Numbered from the stretch's first letter, positions 1-7,470 are shown. The stretch is DNA of 20,000 bases from an uncultured virus (IMG/VR IMGVR_UViG_3300036832_001426) (IMGVR_UViG_3300036832_001426), one strand, 5' to 3'. A program made the numbers and translations. Notes: generated from the letters alone by a model not told the origin.

Positions 1-190
1 CATAGTAGTTGTGATCGAGGGCGAGGAAGACGGTCGAGATGAAGACGCTGCCGACGAGATCCTGCTGCAGGATGCGATTGTCTTTGCCTTTGGATTTGTG
101 GGAGCGCTCGAACCATTCCGCCCACTCACGCCCACTATGTGCGAGCCGGGGGTTGCCGTCGTCGTCAAGAATGTACTGTCCAAAAGCCAC
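1..190 (-). CDS. Phage-type hypothetical protein, running off the left edge
   Basis: Read manually; not in the ORF track. GTG at 190 gives VAFGQYILDDDGNPRLAHSGREWAEWFERSHKSKGKDNRILQQDLVGSVFISTVFLALDHNYY with no stop. The YILD...EWAxWF...STVFLxLDHN pattern is recalled from phage hypothetical proteins. Confidence 0.7.
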   Translation of the reverse strand, partial: MAFGQYILDDDGNPRLAHSGREWAEWFERSHKSKGKDNRILQQDLVGSVFISTVFLALDHNYY

Positions 191-239
191 TGTGCTGCCT
201 GAGGAACGAATTCCGGGGAGTTTACCACAAAGATGGGTA

Positions 240-268
240 TCGACAGACTCGCCCCGGCGCGGGATAAT
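240..268 (+). promoter_or_regulatory. Sigma70-type promoter for the putative sRNA
   Basis: TCGACA (240-245), 17-bp spacer, GATAAT (263-268); predicted start near G275. Confidence 0.65.
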
Positions 269-274
269 AGTTTC

Positions 275-363
275 GCACAACACTGGGAAGCAGGATTCAC
301 CGTTCTCTTCTCAATGCTGGTGCTCCTTGGGGCCGCGCTTGCTACGCGGCCCTCTTAATTTTT
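275..363 (+). ncRNA. Putative small regulatory RNA with an anti-SD segment
   Basis: Bounded by a promoter and a terminator, with no credible ORF inside. 275-290 pairs imperfectly with 307-323, followed by a single-stranded TCCTTG linker and the terminator hairpin. Confidence 0.55.
330..363 (+). terminator. Intrinsic terminator
   Basis: GGGCCGCG-cttgcta-CGCGGCCC (330-352) followed by TCTTAATTTTT. Confidence 0.65.
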
Positions 364-364
364 C

Positions 365-373
365 TGCTACACT
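365..373 (+). promoter_or_regulatory. Extended -10 promoter candidate for tRNA-Phe
   Basis: TG-c-TACACT about 30 nt upstream of the tRNA; a leader hairpin TGTGTT...AACACA spans 379-400. Confidence 0.45.
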
Positions 374-404
374 CTTCCTGTGTTTCACCCGAAGAACACA
401 TCAT

Positions 405-479
405 GGCTCGGTAGCTCATCGGTAGAGCGCTGCCCTGAAAAGGCAGGCGTAGGTGGTTCAATTCCGCCCCGAGCCACCA
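405..479 (+). tRNA. tRNA-Phe (anticodon GAA) with encoded CCA
   Basis: Cloverleaf: acceptor stem GGCTCGG/CCGAGCC, D arm GCTC/GAGC, anticodon stem CTGCC/GGCAG with loop CTGAAAA (GAA at 437-439), T arm GGTGG-TTCAATT-CCGCC, 3' ACCA. Confidence 0.97.
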
Positions 480-486
480 CCAATTT

Positions 487-692
487 ATTATTCATGGGAT
501 ATTCATGGGATACGACATTCATGTCCTCCGTGTCCCCCATGTCCCTGCTGGTTTCCCGCCAAAAACGCAGTTTTCTTGAAAACGCTGGACTTATCTAGGC
601 TTCCAATTAGACGGAGTTGGTACGTGGTGCCCTCACTTTTTCGCGGCTTTTGTCGGTAATTTCTTGCATTATTCATGGGATATGCATAGGAT
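487..692. repeat. att-like region with direct repeats (putative integrase arm-type sites)
   Basis: ATTATTCATGGGATATTCATGGGAT (487-511) vs ATTATTCATGGGATATGCATAGGAT (668-692), 23/25 identical; each is a tandem pair of an 11-bp ATTCATGGGAT unit. Three 9-bp RTGTCC units lie at 521-547. The region is AT-rich and directly upstream of the integrase. Confidence 0.7.
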
Positions 693-730
693 GGTCTGGC
701 AGGCCCGGCCTGCAAAGGAGCCCAGCAGCC

Positions 731-2254
731 ATGCCCAAGAAAGTCGTCATCGAAGATCTCAAGCTTTCGGTTGACCGTCCCTCGGTCGACGCCATCCGCT
801 ACAACTGCAAATGCAACGCGAAGTCCATCGAGAAATGCACCTGCAACAAATACTTTTACATCACAGGCGATCTGCTGAAGGGCGAACAGTACCGCGTCTC
901 CAGCGGTCTGGTCGACATCAAGCTCGCCCGCGAAGCGGCCACCGAGTGGCAGCGCAAACTGAAACGCGAAGAGCGCGAACTCGCGAAGCGCCACGCCAAG
1001 ACCATCACCGGGGCCATCACCATCGAACAGCTGTTCCTGCTCTACGAGACGGCGCAGGAAAGCGGGCAGGATCAGGACGAGATCGCGCTCAAGGGCGCGG
1101 CTCCTTCGGTCGGCAAAATCAAAACTCTGCGCCGCCTGCTGTGTGGCCACGAAGATCCCAAGCAGCGCGAGCTGCACGAAAAAAAATACGGCAAGCCGTT
1201 TCTTGAAGTGTTCAACGCGTTGCCCCGCGAGCAGCGTCTCATCGGAGCCAACCAGACCATCGCCAAGATCGCGCTCGCCGACGACATCACCAGCTACTGG
1301 ATGGCGCACATCTTCAAGCCAACATGGTTCGCCCGTGAGAACGGAGGCTCGCTGCACTCCATCCGCAAACGCAAGGAGCAGCTGCAGGCGGTCTGGCACC
1401 ACGCGCACAAGCTGGGAGAACTCGACGGCATGGGCGGCGGCAAGATGTGCAACTGCCCACCCTGCTCCATCGTGATTCCGAAAAAAATGACGAAGACCAT
1501 GAAGCCCACTCCGCCCGTGGACATTTGGCGATACCAAACCGCACTGGAGACCTGCGGTCGCTATCAGCAATCGCTCCGCGATCTCAATGCCGAACAACTG
1601 CGCTGTGATAACCTCCGCATGTTTTGCTTCTTGGCGATCATGATGAACTGCGGCTCGCGCCGCTCCGATACTTCGCTGATGCGGCGCAGTGCTCTCAAGG
1701 TCAACCGCGCCGGAGAAGTGACATGGGTATATGTGCCGCTCAAGAACGGCGACGAGAACAACCCGCTCAAGGTGCCCTTCCCGCGCTGGCTCTACGACGT
1801 GCTGATGTCGCTTCCGGCGCAGCCCCAGTTTTTTCACCCGAATTACTTTTTCTGTTCCGGGCCGAAAGACGATCCGCGCTCGGTCGATGGCGGAGTGCTG
1901 CTGCGCAACGCCGCTGACCCATGGTCGCGGGCCATCAAGCGCCTCGTCCAGCTGATGCCCGAAGAAGCCCGCACGGTCGACGATGGCCGCAACAAAACCA
2001 AGACCATCACGCCCCACATGTTTCGCGACGGCTTCTGCGTCGAGTGCTACGTGCAGGGCATGACGGATCGCCAGATCGCCGATGCAGTCGACGACGACGA
2101 AGACACCATTCGCCGCTCCTATTCGCCCTATCATGATCGTCAACGCGTGCGCGACAGCGTGGCTTCGATGGAAGAAGGCGTGCGCTACGTGCAGGCGGCG
2201 CTGGCCGGGCTGAACGCCGACCGCATGATGCGCGAGGCCGGGATCGTCTGGTAG
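731..2254 (+). CDS. int: Tyrosine recombinase / phage integrase (507 aa)
   Basis: AAGGAG RBS at 715-720 before ATG 731. Motifs CGSRRSD (R), LKNG (K), TPHMFRDGF (HxxR) and TIRRSYSPY (Tyr). Cys-rich N-terminal domain; adjacent to a tRNA and att-like repeats. Confidence 0.9.
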   Translation: MPKKVVIEDLKLSVDRPSVDAIRYNCKCNAKSIEKCTCNKYFYITGDLLKGEQYRVSSGLVDIKLAREAATEWQRKLKREERELAKRHAKTITGAITIEQLFLLYETAQESGQDQDEIALKGAAPSVGKIKTLRRLLCGHEDPKQRELHEKKYGKPFLEVFNALPREQRLIGANQTIAKIALADDITSYWMAHIFKPTWFARENGGSLHSIRKRKEQLQAVWHHAHKLGELDGMGGGKMCNCPPCSIVIPKKMTKTMKPTPPVDIWRYQTALETCGRYQQSLRDLNAEQLRCDNLRMFCFLAIMMNCGSRRSDTSLMRRSALKVNRAGEVTWVYVPLKNGDENNPLKVPFPRWLYDVLMSLPAQPQFFHPNYFFCSGPKDDPRSVDGGVLLRNAADPWSRAIKRLVQLMPEEARTVDDGRNKTKTITPHMFRDGFCVECYVQGMTDRQIADAVDDDEDTIRRSYSPYHDRQRVRDSVASMEEGVRYVQAALAGLNADRMMREAGIVW

Positions 2255-2491
2255 TTATCGGTTGTAGAGTTCGTCGAGATGTTCTTCGAGAAGGGACATG
2301 GGGATGCGCAACACGCGCCTCCCCTTTTTCTTGAAGCGCCCGTCCTTGAAGGTGATGTAGCGCTCGGTCAGTCGGACAATCCAGCGCCGTGCGGTTCGGG
2401 TGCTCACACTGCACCTCGCCGCGATCCATTGGGCATCGACGTCGATGTCCGTCATCGGCGGCCTCTCCGGTTTCTGTGCGCGAACGCCCAT
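2255..2491 (-). CDS. Excisionase-like HTH DNA-binding protein
   Basis: Small basic protein with HTH-like DAQWIAARCSVSTRTARRW and a wing-like RRVLRIP; convergent with int and last gene of the early region. Confidence 0.7.
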   Translation of the reverse strand: MGVRAQKPERPPMTDIDVDAQWIAARCSVSTRTARRWIVRLTERYITFKDGRFKKKGRRVLRIPMSLLEEHLDELYNR

Positions 2492-2841
2492 CAGGCCGCC
2501 TTCCTAATCCGCGAGCGCCAGCGTGGTGAGGGGCAGCCGTGCGCAAGCGGGTTATGCGCGTGATCGGAACTTTTCTCGATCAGTCCACGCTTCGCTGCTG
2601 CAACCAGCAATGGGCCCAATGCCCGGTCGGTCGGGGTTTCTGTTCCGAGACGGCGCAGCTCCACTGTGATCTCCCAGCCAAAGAATGAATCCCGTTCGCG
2701 TGCGAAGGTCTCGATCATGTGGGTGGCTTCGCTCTTCCAGTCAAGAGCGGCATGCGCGTCGGCCCTTTCCATGCCGTCTGCGCGTTCCGCCCGCCAGTCA
2801 GGAAGATCATCCTCCCCGAATAATTTGCGCTGCTGCGTCAT
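2491..2841 (-). CDS. Phage hypothetical protein (possible winged helix)
   Basis: 116 aa; TGATG overlap with the downstream gene; RALGPLLVAAAKRGLIEKS segment. Confidence 0.7.
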   Translation of the reverse strand: MTQQRKLFGEDDLPDWRAERADGMERADAHAALDWKSEATHMIETFARERDSFFGWEITVELRRLGTETPTDRALGPLLVAAAKRGLIEKSSDHAHNPLAHGCPSPRWRSRIRKAA

Positions 2842-2844
2842 TTC

Positions 2845-3039
2845 TCAGAGCACCACTCCTCTCATGTGCGGCGGGTAGCGGCCTTCGGCGGTCTCATGCT
2901 GCGTGACCCCACTGCTTCGCGGTTCCGTGCCGGAAGCGGTAGCAGCCGCGCCGGGGACGGATGTAAAAGCGATGGGGTCACGCAGAGCGAGAAACCACGC
3001 CTCGATAGCTTCAATCGTTCTTTCAGCCGGATGGTTCAT
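2845..3039 (-). CDS. Hypothetical protein
   Basis: GGAGG RBS before ATG 3039; fits the operon packing. Confidence 0.5.
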   Translation of the reverse strand: MNHPAERTIEAIEAWFLALRDPIAFTSVPGAAATASGTEPRSSGVTQHETAEGRYPPHMRGVVL

Positions 3040-3601
3040 TGCTTCCTCCATCGAATAGTGGCATTTCGAGTTCGTCTGCTGGAGCGGGGACTGTTTCCGC
3101 GAGGGGTTTGGGTTCGCCCCATTTTTGCCGCGTGCCCCGGTTCGCGCATTTTTTTAGCTCGGGATGCGCTTCCAGATGTTGTCGAAAAGGGCCGTCATCG
3201 ATTTCACCTTTCAGGGAATTGTGAAAAGCACAGCATGGCTGAATGTTCTCCAGTGTGTAGCCCTGATGAGAATTCTTGCGATCTATCCCGACGCGGATGC
3301 CTTCTTTGCGCGTGCCCCCGCCATAGACGCAGGGGCTGTTGATGACCTCCTCGTAGCGCCCACGCGCAAGCGGCGGCGAGCTGATGCGTGCTGCGGCATT
3401 GCGGTGAACCGCGTAATTTCCATTGACCCCGAGATACTCCCGCGTTCTGTTGGCCTCGCACTCCTTGCAGCTCGTCTGGAGCTTATCCGCCGTGCCCTTT
3501 TTGCTGGCGAAGTTCGCAACCGGGAGATAGCGCCTGCAGTGGAAGCACCTCTTCTCGCCCTTGTCGTTGTAACGCAGCCACGCGGTTGCTCTCCTGTTCA
3601 T
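3023..3601 (-). CDS. HNH-like (His-Me finger) endonuclease with N-terminal Zn finger
   Basis: KRCFHC...CKEC Zn motif; GIDRKNSHQGYTLENIQPCCAFHNSLKG matches the phage DRxDNxxGYxxxNxxxCCxxCN motif; ATGA overlap at 3598-3601. Confidence 0.8.
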   Translation of the reverse strand: MNRRATAWLRYNDKGEKRCFHCRRYLPVANFASKKGTADKLQTSCKECEANRTREYLGVNGNYAVHRNAAARISSPPLARGRYEEVINSPCVYGGGTRKEGIRVGIDRKNSHQGYTLENIQPCCAFHNSLKGEIDDGPFRQHLEAHPELKKCANRGTRQKWGEPKPLAETVPAPADELEMPLFDGGSNEPSG

Positions 3602-4323
3602 GCCACGATGTCCGCCGTACCTTCCAGTTCCTTCTCGAAGTACTCTTTGATGTTCTTGATGGCTTCCATCTTCCACGCTCCGCCATCCGCTTCGAACAGC
3701 GCGCAGCTGGGCATCTGGCCGGAGCGCGAGCGCAGCCGCAGGATGAAATCGCTTGAGGGCTGCGCGACCTCATGGAACGTGCGGAAGGGCGCGAGGCTCA
3801 CACGCGGCGAGACTTTTTCTTCGGTTTTTGAAACCATTCCTTGCTTTGTGACAACCTGCTGCGAATAGCCGTCGTCGTTCGAGATGGTGACCGCTTCGGC
3901 GGCAAGCCCGCTCACCAGCTTCACCACGCGCCCGTGGTTCACGCCGTAGGCCGCATCGTCGAACAGCGTCATGAGACCTATGACAAATTCGTCGGGGTCC
4001 ATCCAAGTGCCAAAGCGGAAGCGCGGCGCATCGTTGGGAATCTGCGCGTGCACCAGCGCCGGGCGGCGGTTCCACTCGTCCGGCTCGCGAGCCGTCAGCC
4101 AGACCGAGGAGTAATCCTGAATATGAATGAAGGCTGGTTCGGTTTCCTTGTTGTGCAGCTTGTACAGATCGCGGAACCCGGCGAGTGTCTGCACCGTGAT
4201 GGGTGTGATCAGCGGAGTCTTGATCTCGACCAGCTGCTTATCGGAATAGACGCGGCCATCTTCCTCGACTCGCACCGATGGTTCAGCGAGCGAAACGATT
4301 TTTTCAACGAATTCTTTCAACAT
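3598..4323 (-). CDS. Conserved prophage protein (DUF2303-like)
   Basis: AGGAGG RBS before ATG 4323 (alternative start 4416). C-terminal LAPFRTFHEVAQPSSDFILR...ALFEADGGAWKMEAIKNIKEYF motif is recalled from many prophages. Confidence 0.8.
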   Translation of the reverse strand: MLKEFVEKIVSLAEPSVRVEEDGRVYSDKQLVEIKTPLITPITVQTLAGFRDLYKLHNKETEPAFIHIQDYSSVWLTAREPDEWNRRPALVHAQIPNDAPRFRFGTWMDPDEFVIGLMTLFDDAAYGVNHGRVVKLVSGLAAEAVTISNDDGYSQQVVTKQGMVSKTEEKVSPRVSLAPFRTFHEVAQPSSDFILRLRSRSGQMPSCALFEADGGAWKMEAIKNIKEYFEKELEGTADIVA

Positions 4324-4424
4324 GCCATCCTCCTGTGCTGCGGCTGCCCCCAGACTGCGGGGCATCAGTCCGACGCTCTGGTTGAGCTGCTCGAATACTT
4401 GTCGTGGCGGTCCCATGGCTTCAC

Positions 4425-5615
4425 CTACTGCACGTAAATTGGTTTCAGGCCGAGGTGTACCTTCTGGTCTGCAATCGGCGTTGTGGTCCCGGTGATGTCG
4501 GTCTGCTTGGTGAATTTGGTTTGCCCCAGCGCGTACTCTTTGGTCGAGCAGCAACTGGAAGTGCATGACTGCGAGCTGTCCCAGAGCACCATGCCATTGC
4601 CCACCAGCATGCGGTAGACGGTGCCCTCGACGCGCACCTTCGAGGTCGACTTTTCCTGCAGCCAGCCCGTGATGGTGTTCCACGCTGTGCCCGCAAGATT
4701 GGCCTGCAGGCCGAGGTTGTCGTTCGCGTCCCAAAAATAAATGTACTGTCGCTCCAGTGGAACGCTTGCCCGCAGCATCAGTTCACGCGCAGCGAAAGAG
4801 GCGAGCGTGTCCGGGTCGGTGATAGCGTCGCCCGTGGTGATGCCGTGCTCGTCATCCCAGATCGCCGCGTCGATCTTGTCCCGCGCCAGCTCGTCGACCA
4901 CCATCTGCCACACCGCGAGGAAATTTTCCGGCGGGTAGTTGGGCTTGGAGCGCATGTGGACGTTGACGATGTCGAACATCTGGTGCCACGGGTGCGCCTC
5001 CACCAAAGGCCGGAAGTGAGAACTCATGGAGACGCCATGGAACGACGGCGAGAGAATCACGGCGGCGGGGTCAATCGAGCGAATGATGGTCGCCGCTTCC
5101 TTCGCGTAGTCCGCCATCTGCTGGATGGTCCCCGTCCAGAAACATTTGCAGTCGGGTTCGTTCCACGTCTCATAGAAGGCGACGCGGCCCTTGTAGCGCG
5201 TCACCAACGCCGTCACGAATGCTTTGTAGTCTTCGAGCTTCGGGATGGAGCAGGCGTTGGGAAACGTGCTATTCAGGCACTGTGGCGGCGGAGCCGGATC
5301 AATCGCCGCCCATGTTGGAGTGCCGCCGAAGGTGTAGAGCACATCCTGCTGTTGCGCTTCCGCCTTCGAGATCCAGTCGTCCATCTTCGACCAGTCGTAA
5401 ACGTCGCGTGAGGCCTGAATGTGCATCCACTTCACGCCGTCATCCCACAGCCGGATCCCTCTGCCGACCGCGAGCTTGCTGTTGCCGTCGATGCCGGGGA
5501 TGGTCGAGAGCTTGTTATAGGTGAGGCTGAAGAACTTCAGGTTGACAGAAGTTTGCTGCGCGGAACAGAGCGTGCAGCACAGGGTGAGTAGCAGGGTGGC
5601 CCCAAGTCTTTTCAT
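4425..5615 (-). CDS. Secreted clan GH-A (GH39/GH5-like) glycoside hydrolase
   Basis: Signal peptide MKRLGATLLLTLCCTLCSA; IRLWD...YDWSKMD; GGTPTWA; acid/base motif YETWNEP; putative nucleophile in IWDDEHG. Confidence 0.85.
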   Translation of the reverse strand: MKRLGATLLLTLCCTLCSAQQTSVNLKFFSLTYNKLSTIPGIDGNSKLAVGRGIRLWDDGVKWMHIQASRDVYDWSKMDDWISKAEAQQQDVLYTFGGTPTWAAIDPAPPPQCLNSTFPNACSIPKLEDYKAFVTALVTRYKGRVAFYETWNEPDCKCFWTGTIQQMADYAKEAATIIRSIDPAAVILSPSFHGVSMSSHFRPLVEAHPWHQMFDIVNVHMRSKPNYPPENFLAVWQMVVDELARDKIDAAIWDDEHGITTGDAITDPDTLASFAARELMLRASVPLERQYIYFWDANDNLGLQANLAGTAWNTITGWLQEKSTSKVRVEGTVYRMLVGNGMVLWDSSQSCTSSCCSTKEYALGQTKFTKQTDITGTTTPIADQKVHLGLKPIYVQ

Positions 5616-5809
5616 TTACGCTTCCTCCTCATCGAAAGTTTGCTTCTCAGTCGCTTCTTGCCCAGAAAATCTCTGATCACCTGCGCCGCCGCCGTGCGCG
5701 AGGTTTGATCGCACGGCATCTTCGGATAGCGCAGCACGTCGACCGCGAGCAACAGCGCGGCGTGCAGCCCGGAACGTTTTACTGCGCCTTTAGGCCGCAT
5801 CGCTCGCAT
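5612..5809 (-). CDS. Small basic hypothetical protein (start uncertain, 5800 or 5809)
   Basis: ORF with a 4-nt overlap onto the GH start; Arg/Lys-rich C-terminus. Confidence 0.5.
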   Translation of the reverse strand: MRAMRPKGAVKRSGLHAALLLAVDVLRYPKMPCDQTSRTAAAQVIRDFLGKKRLRSKLSMRRKRK

Positions 5810-5967
5810 ACTCCATTCACGAAGAGATGATTCCTCCACGCGTGCAAGCCGACCGAACATGTGTTGTCGGCCCAAAGCACTTCATCTGACTCCAGCACCT
5901 CGTCGTACCCTGCGAATTCTGCATCGAGCGATTCGTCGCTACGATCCTGCCGCCTCGGTTTTGCCAT
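5779..5967 (-). CDS. Small protein with C/H Zn-binding motif
   Basis: 62 aa ending CSVGLHAWRNHLFVNGVCERCG. Confidence 0.55.
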   Translation of the reverse strand: MAKPRRQDRSDESLDAEFAGYDEVLESDEVLWADNTCSVGLHAWRNHLFVNGVCERCGLKAQ

Positions 5968-6307
5968 CGGGGACTGACTCCTCTTCGCCCGTGAACAGCA
6001 GCTCCTGCCGCAGATCGCGTGAGAAGGCGAGGTACTTGCCGTCCTTCTTCGCGATATGAATCGTGCAGGTCAGGGCAGAAGTGTCGAGATCACCCAACGA
6101 GGTGTTGCAGCGACTGACTTCAGCCGTTGCCCCGGAGCGATCTGGGTAGGGTGTGAAGGTAAATTCCATCGTGATCTTCCGCACCTTCTTCACTGATGTC
6201 GTTGGATCCTGAATATTGGCAAGGATCTTTTCGAAGGCGAGAGCGAAAGCTTCCACCGCCCCGCCTTTGCAGATTGTGAGCAAGCCCTGTTCCTGTGCTT
6301 CCATCAT
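5939..6307 (-). CDS. Prophage protein of the family often annotated 'replication terminator protein'
   Basis: GGAVEAFALAFEKILANIQDPTTSVKKVRKITMEFTFTP matches the recalled GGAL.E.....ENI.DPNT...KKRKIT motif; ATGA overlap at 6304-6307. Confidence 0.75.
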   Translation of the reverse strand: MMEAQEQGLLTICKGGAVEAFALAFEKILANIQDPTTSVKKVRKITMEFTFTPYPDRSGATAEVSRCNTSLGDLDTSALTCTIHIAKKDGKYLAFSRDLRQELLFTGEEESVPDGKTEAAGS

Positions 6308-6546
6308 TGATTCCTGCATCTCCTGTGCTGGTGCTGCTGCATGGCATAGACGCCATTCGCCAGCGCACCCAGCACGGCCATGAATTTGATCCCGTTGCCC
6401 TTTTCGCTCTGATTGAGCATGTTGACTACGTTCTTCATCAGCTCGGTGCTCTCTTCCATCTCCTGCTCGGTCATGGTCTCTTTGCAGCCATGCGCGATCT
6501 CATGCGCCTGCTGGAGCATTTTGATAACTTCACAGTGTGCCGTCAC
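6304..6546 (-). CDS. Hypothetical protein
   Basis: 80 aa, GTG start abutting the upstream stop; operon packing. Confidence 0.6.
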   Translation of the reverse strand: MTAHCEVIKMLQQAHEIAHGCKETMTEQEMEESTELMKNVVNMLNQSEKGNGIKFMAVLGALANGVYAMQQHQHRRCRNQ

Positions 6547-6900
6547 CTAAAACTCCTCGAATTCCCAGTGACCATCTTTCATCCACGTTGCCGCGATGAA
6601 CTTGATCGGGAAAATTTCCGCGCAGGTCTTCACCTTCACCCGTGCGTCCTCTTCCCAGCCCGGCTTGCCTGTCGACCATTCCGACTTCACTTCGTGCGCC
6701 TCGATGTGCAGATCGTTCAAGACCACGATGAAGTCGGGCGTGTACCAAGTCCGGTCAGCGAGCCGGAACTTCCAGCACTCGAACGCCCACCAGAGGATCT
6801 CGCCGACCAGCATGCGATCCCGCAGCAGGCGCGAGTACCTCTCCTCGGTGTGGTTCATTCCGCCGCGCTCCCGCGTGGTTGCCAGTCCGCGAACCACCAT
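6547..6900 (-). CDS. DUF1064-like PD-(D/E)XK endonuclease
   Basis: AAGGAG RBS; MNHTEERY...RLADRTWYTPDFIVV...EAHEVK...DARVKVK motif. Confidence 0.8.
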   Translation of the reverse strand: MVVRGLATTRERGGMNHTEERYSRLLRDRMLVGEILWWAFECWKFRLADRTWYTPDFIVVLNDLHIEAHEVKSEWSTGKPGWEEDARVKVKTCAEIFPIKFIAATWMKDGHWEFEEF

Positions 6901-7087
6901 CGCAAATCTCCTTCCGCCGCTTGTGATCCGACCGCAGATCGCTCTGCTGAATCGAGCCGCCGCGAATCCAGACAGCCAGTCGATGATCGATGTTCAGGTG
7001 ATCCACCAACGCCATCCAGCTATCGAACTCCTCGCCGCAGGGCTTGCCTCCGGCGCGTTGATTGACGATGCCGCAGAAAAATTTCAT
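6755..7087 (-). CDS. Small protein with N-terminal C2H2 zinc finger
   Basis: FFC-x11-CGEEFDSWMALVDHLNIDH; ATGA overlap with the upstream XRE gene; the 3' part overlaps the nuclease gene by 146 nt. Confidence 0.55.
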   Translation of the reverse strand: MKFFCGIVNQRAGGKPCGEEFDSWMALVDHLNIDHRLAVWIRGGSIQQSDLRSDHKRRKEICDGGSRTGNHAGARRNEPHRGEVLAPAAGSHAGRRDPLVGVRVLEVPAR

Positions 7088-7470
7088 ACGACGGTCACCG
7101 ATGCCGATTCGCTCGCGTCACTGGCCTCGATTCTCGGCGCGATCACTCGCTTTTCTGCCAGTGCGGGGAATTCCCTCCGGCTGAACAGCGGAGACAAGAA
7201 CTCGACCAGCGGTTCGTTGAAAGCCTGCGCTATCCGGTTCAGCTCGGTGAGCCGGGGATTCTTGCCGTTGCGTTCATACTGAAAAACGTTGGTGAAAGGC
7301 ATCTCGCACGCCACCGCAAGCTGGCGCAGCGACATGCCGCTCCTGCGACGCCTCAACGACAGATAGCGACTGAAGCGCTCCAGCAAAATCTCCGGCGTCA
7401 TCGGGGAATTGCGCTTTCGCGCAACCCGCTCGCGGCGCTTTATTTCTTTCTGAGATATCTTTCGCTTCAT
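7084..7470 (-). CDS. XRE/Cro-CI family HTH transcriptional regulator
   Basis: LSLRRRRSGMSLRQLAVACEMPFTNVFQYERNGKNPRLTELNRIAQAF is an HTH_3 signature; AGGAG RBS before ATG 7470. Confidence 0.85.
   Translation of the reverse strand: MKRKISQKEIKRRERVARKRNSPMTPEILLERFSRYLSLRRRRSGMSLRQLAVACEMPFTNVFQYERNGKNPRLTELNRIAQAFNEPLVEFLSPLFSRREFPALAEKRVIAPRIEASDASESASVTVV

Noticed and set aside
487..547. Short repeats as a CRISPR array or iterons
   Set aside because: Units are 9-11 bp with no spacers; no cas or rep gene is adjacent.
11..598. + strand ORFs 11-202, 39-425 and 380-598
   Set aside because: They overlap the minus-strand phage gene, the putative sRNA or the tRNA, and show no protein features.
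617..730. N-terminal extension of the integrase in the ORF track
   Set aside because: It runs through the att-like repeats; the AAGGAG RBS supports ATG 731.
503..2143. 546-aa minus-strand ORF
   Set aside because: Antisense shadow of the integrase, as expected in GC-rich coding DNA; no recognisable motifs.
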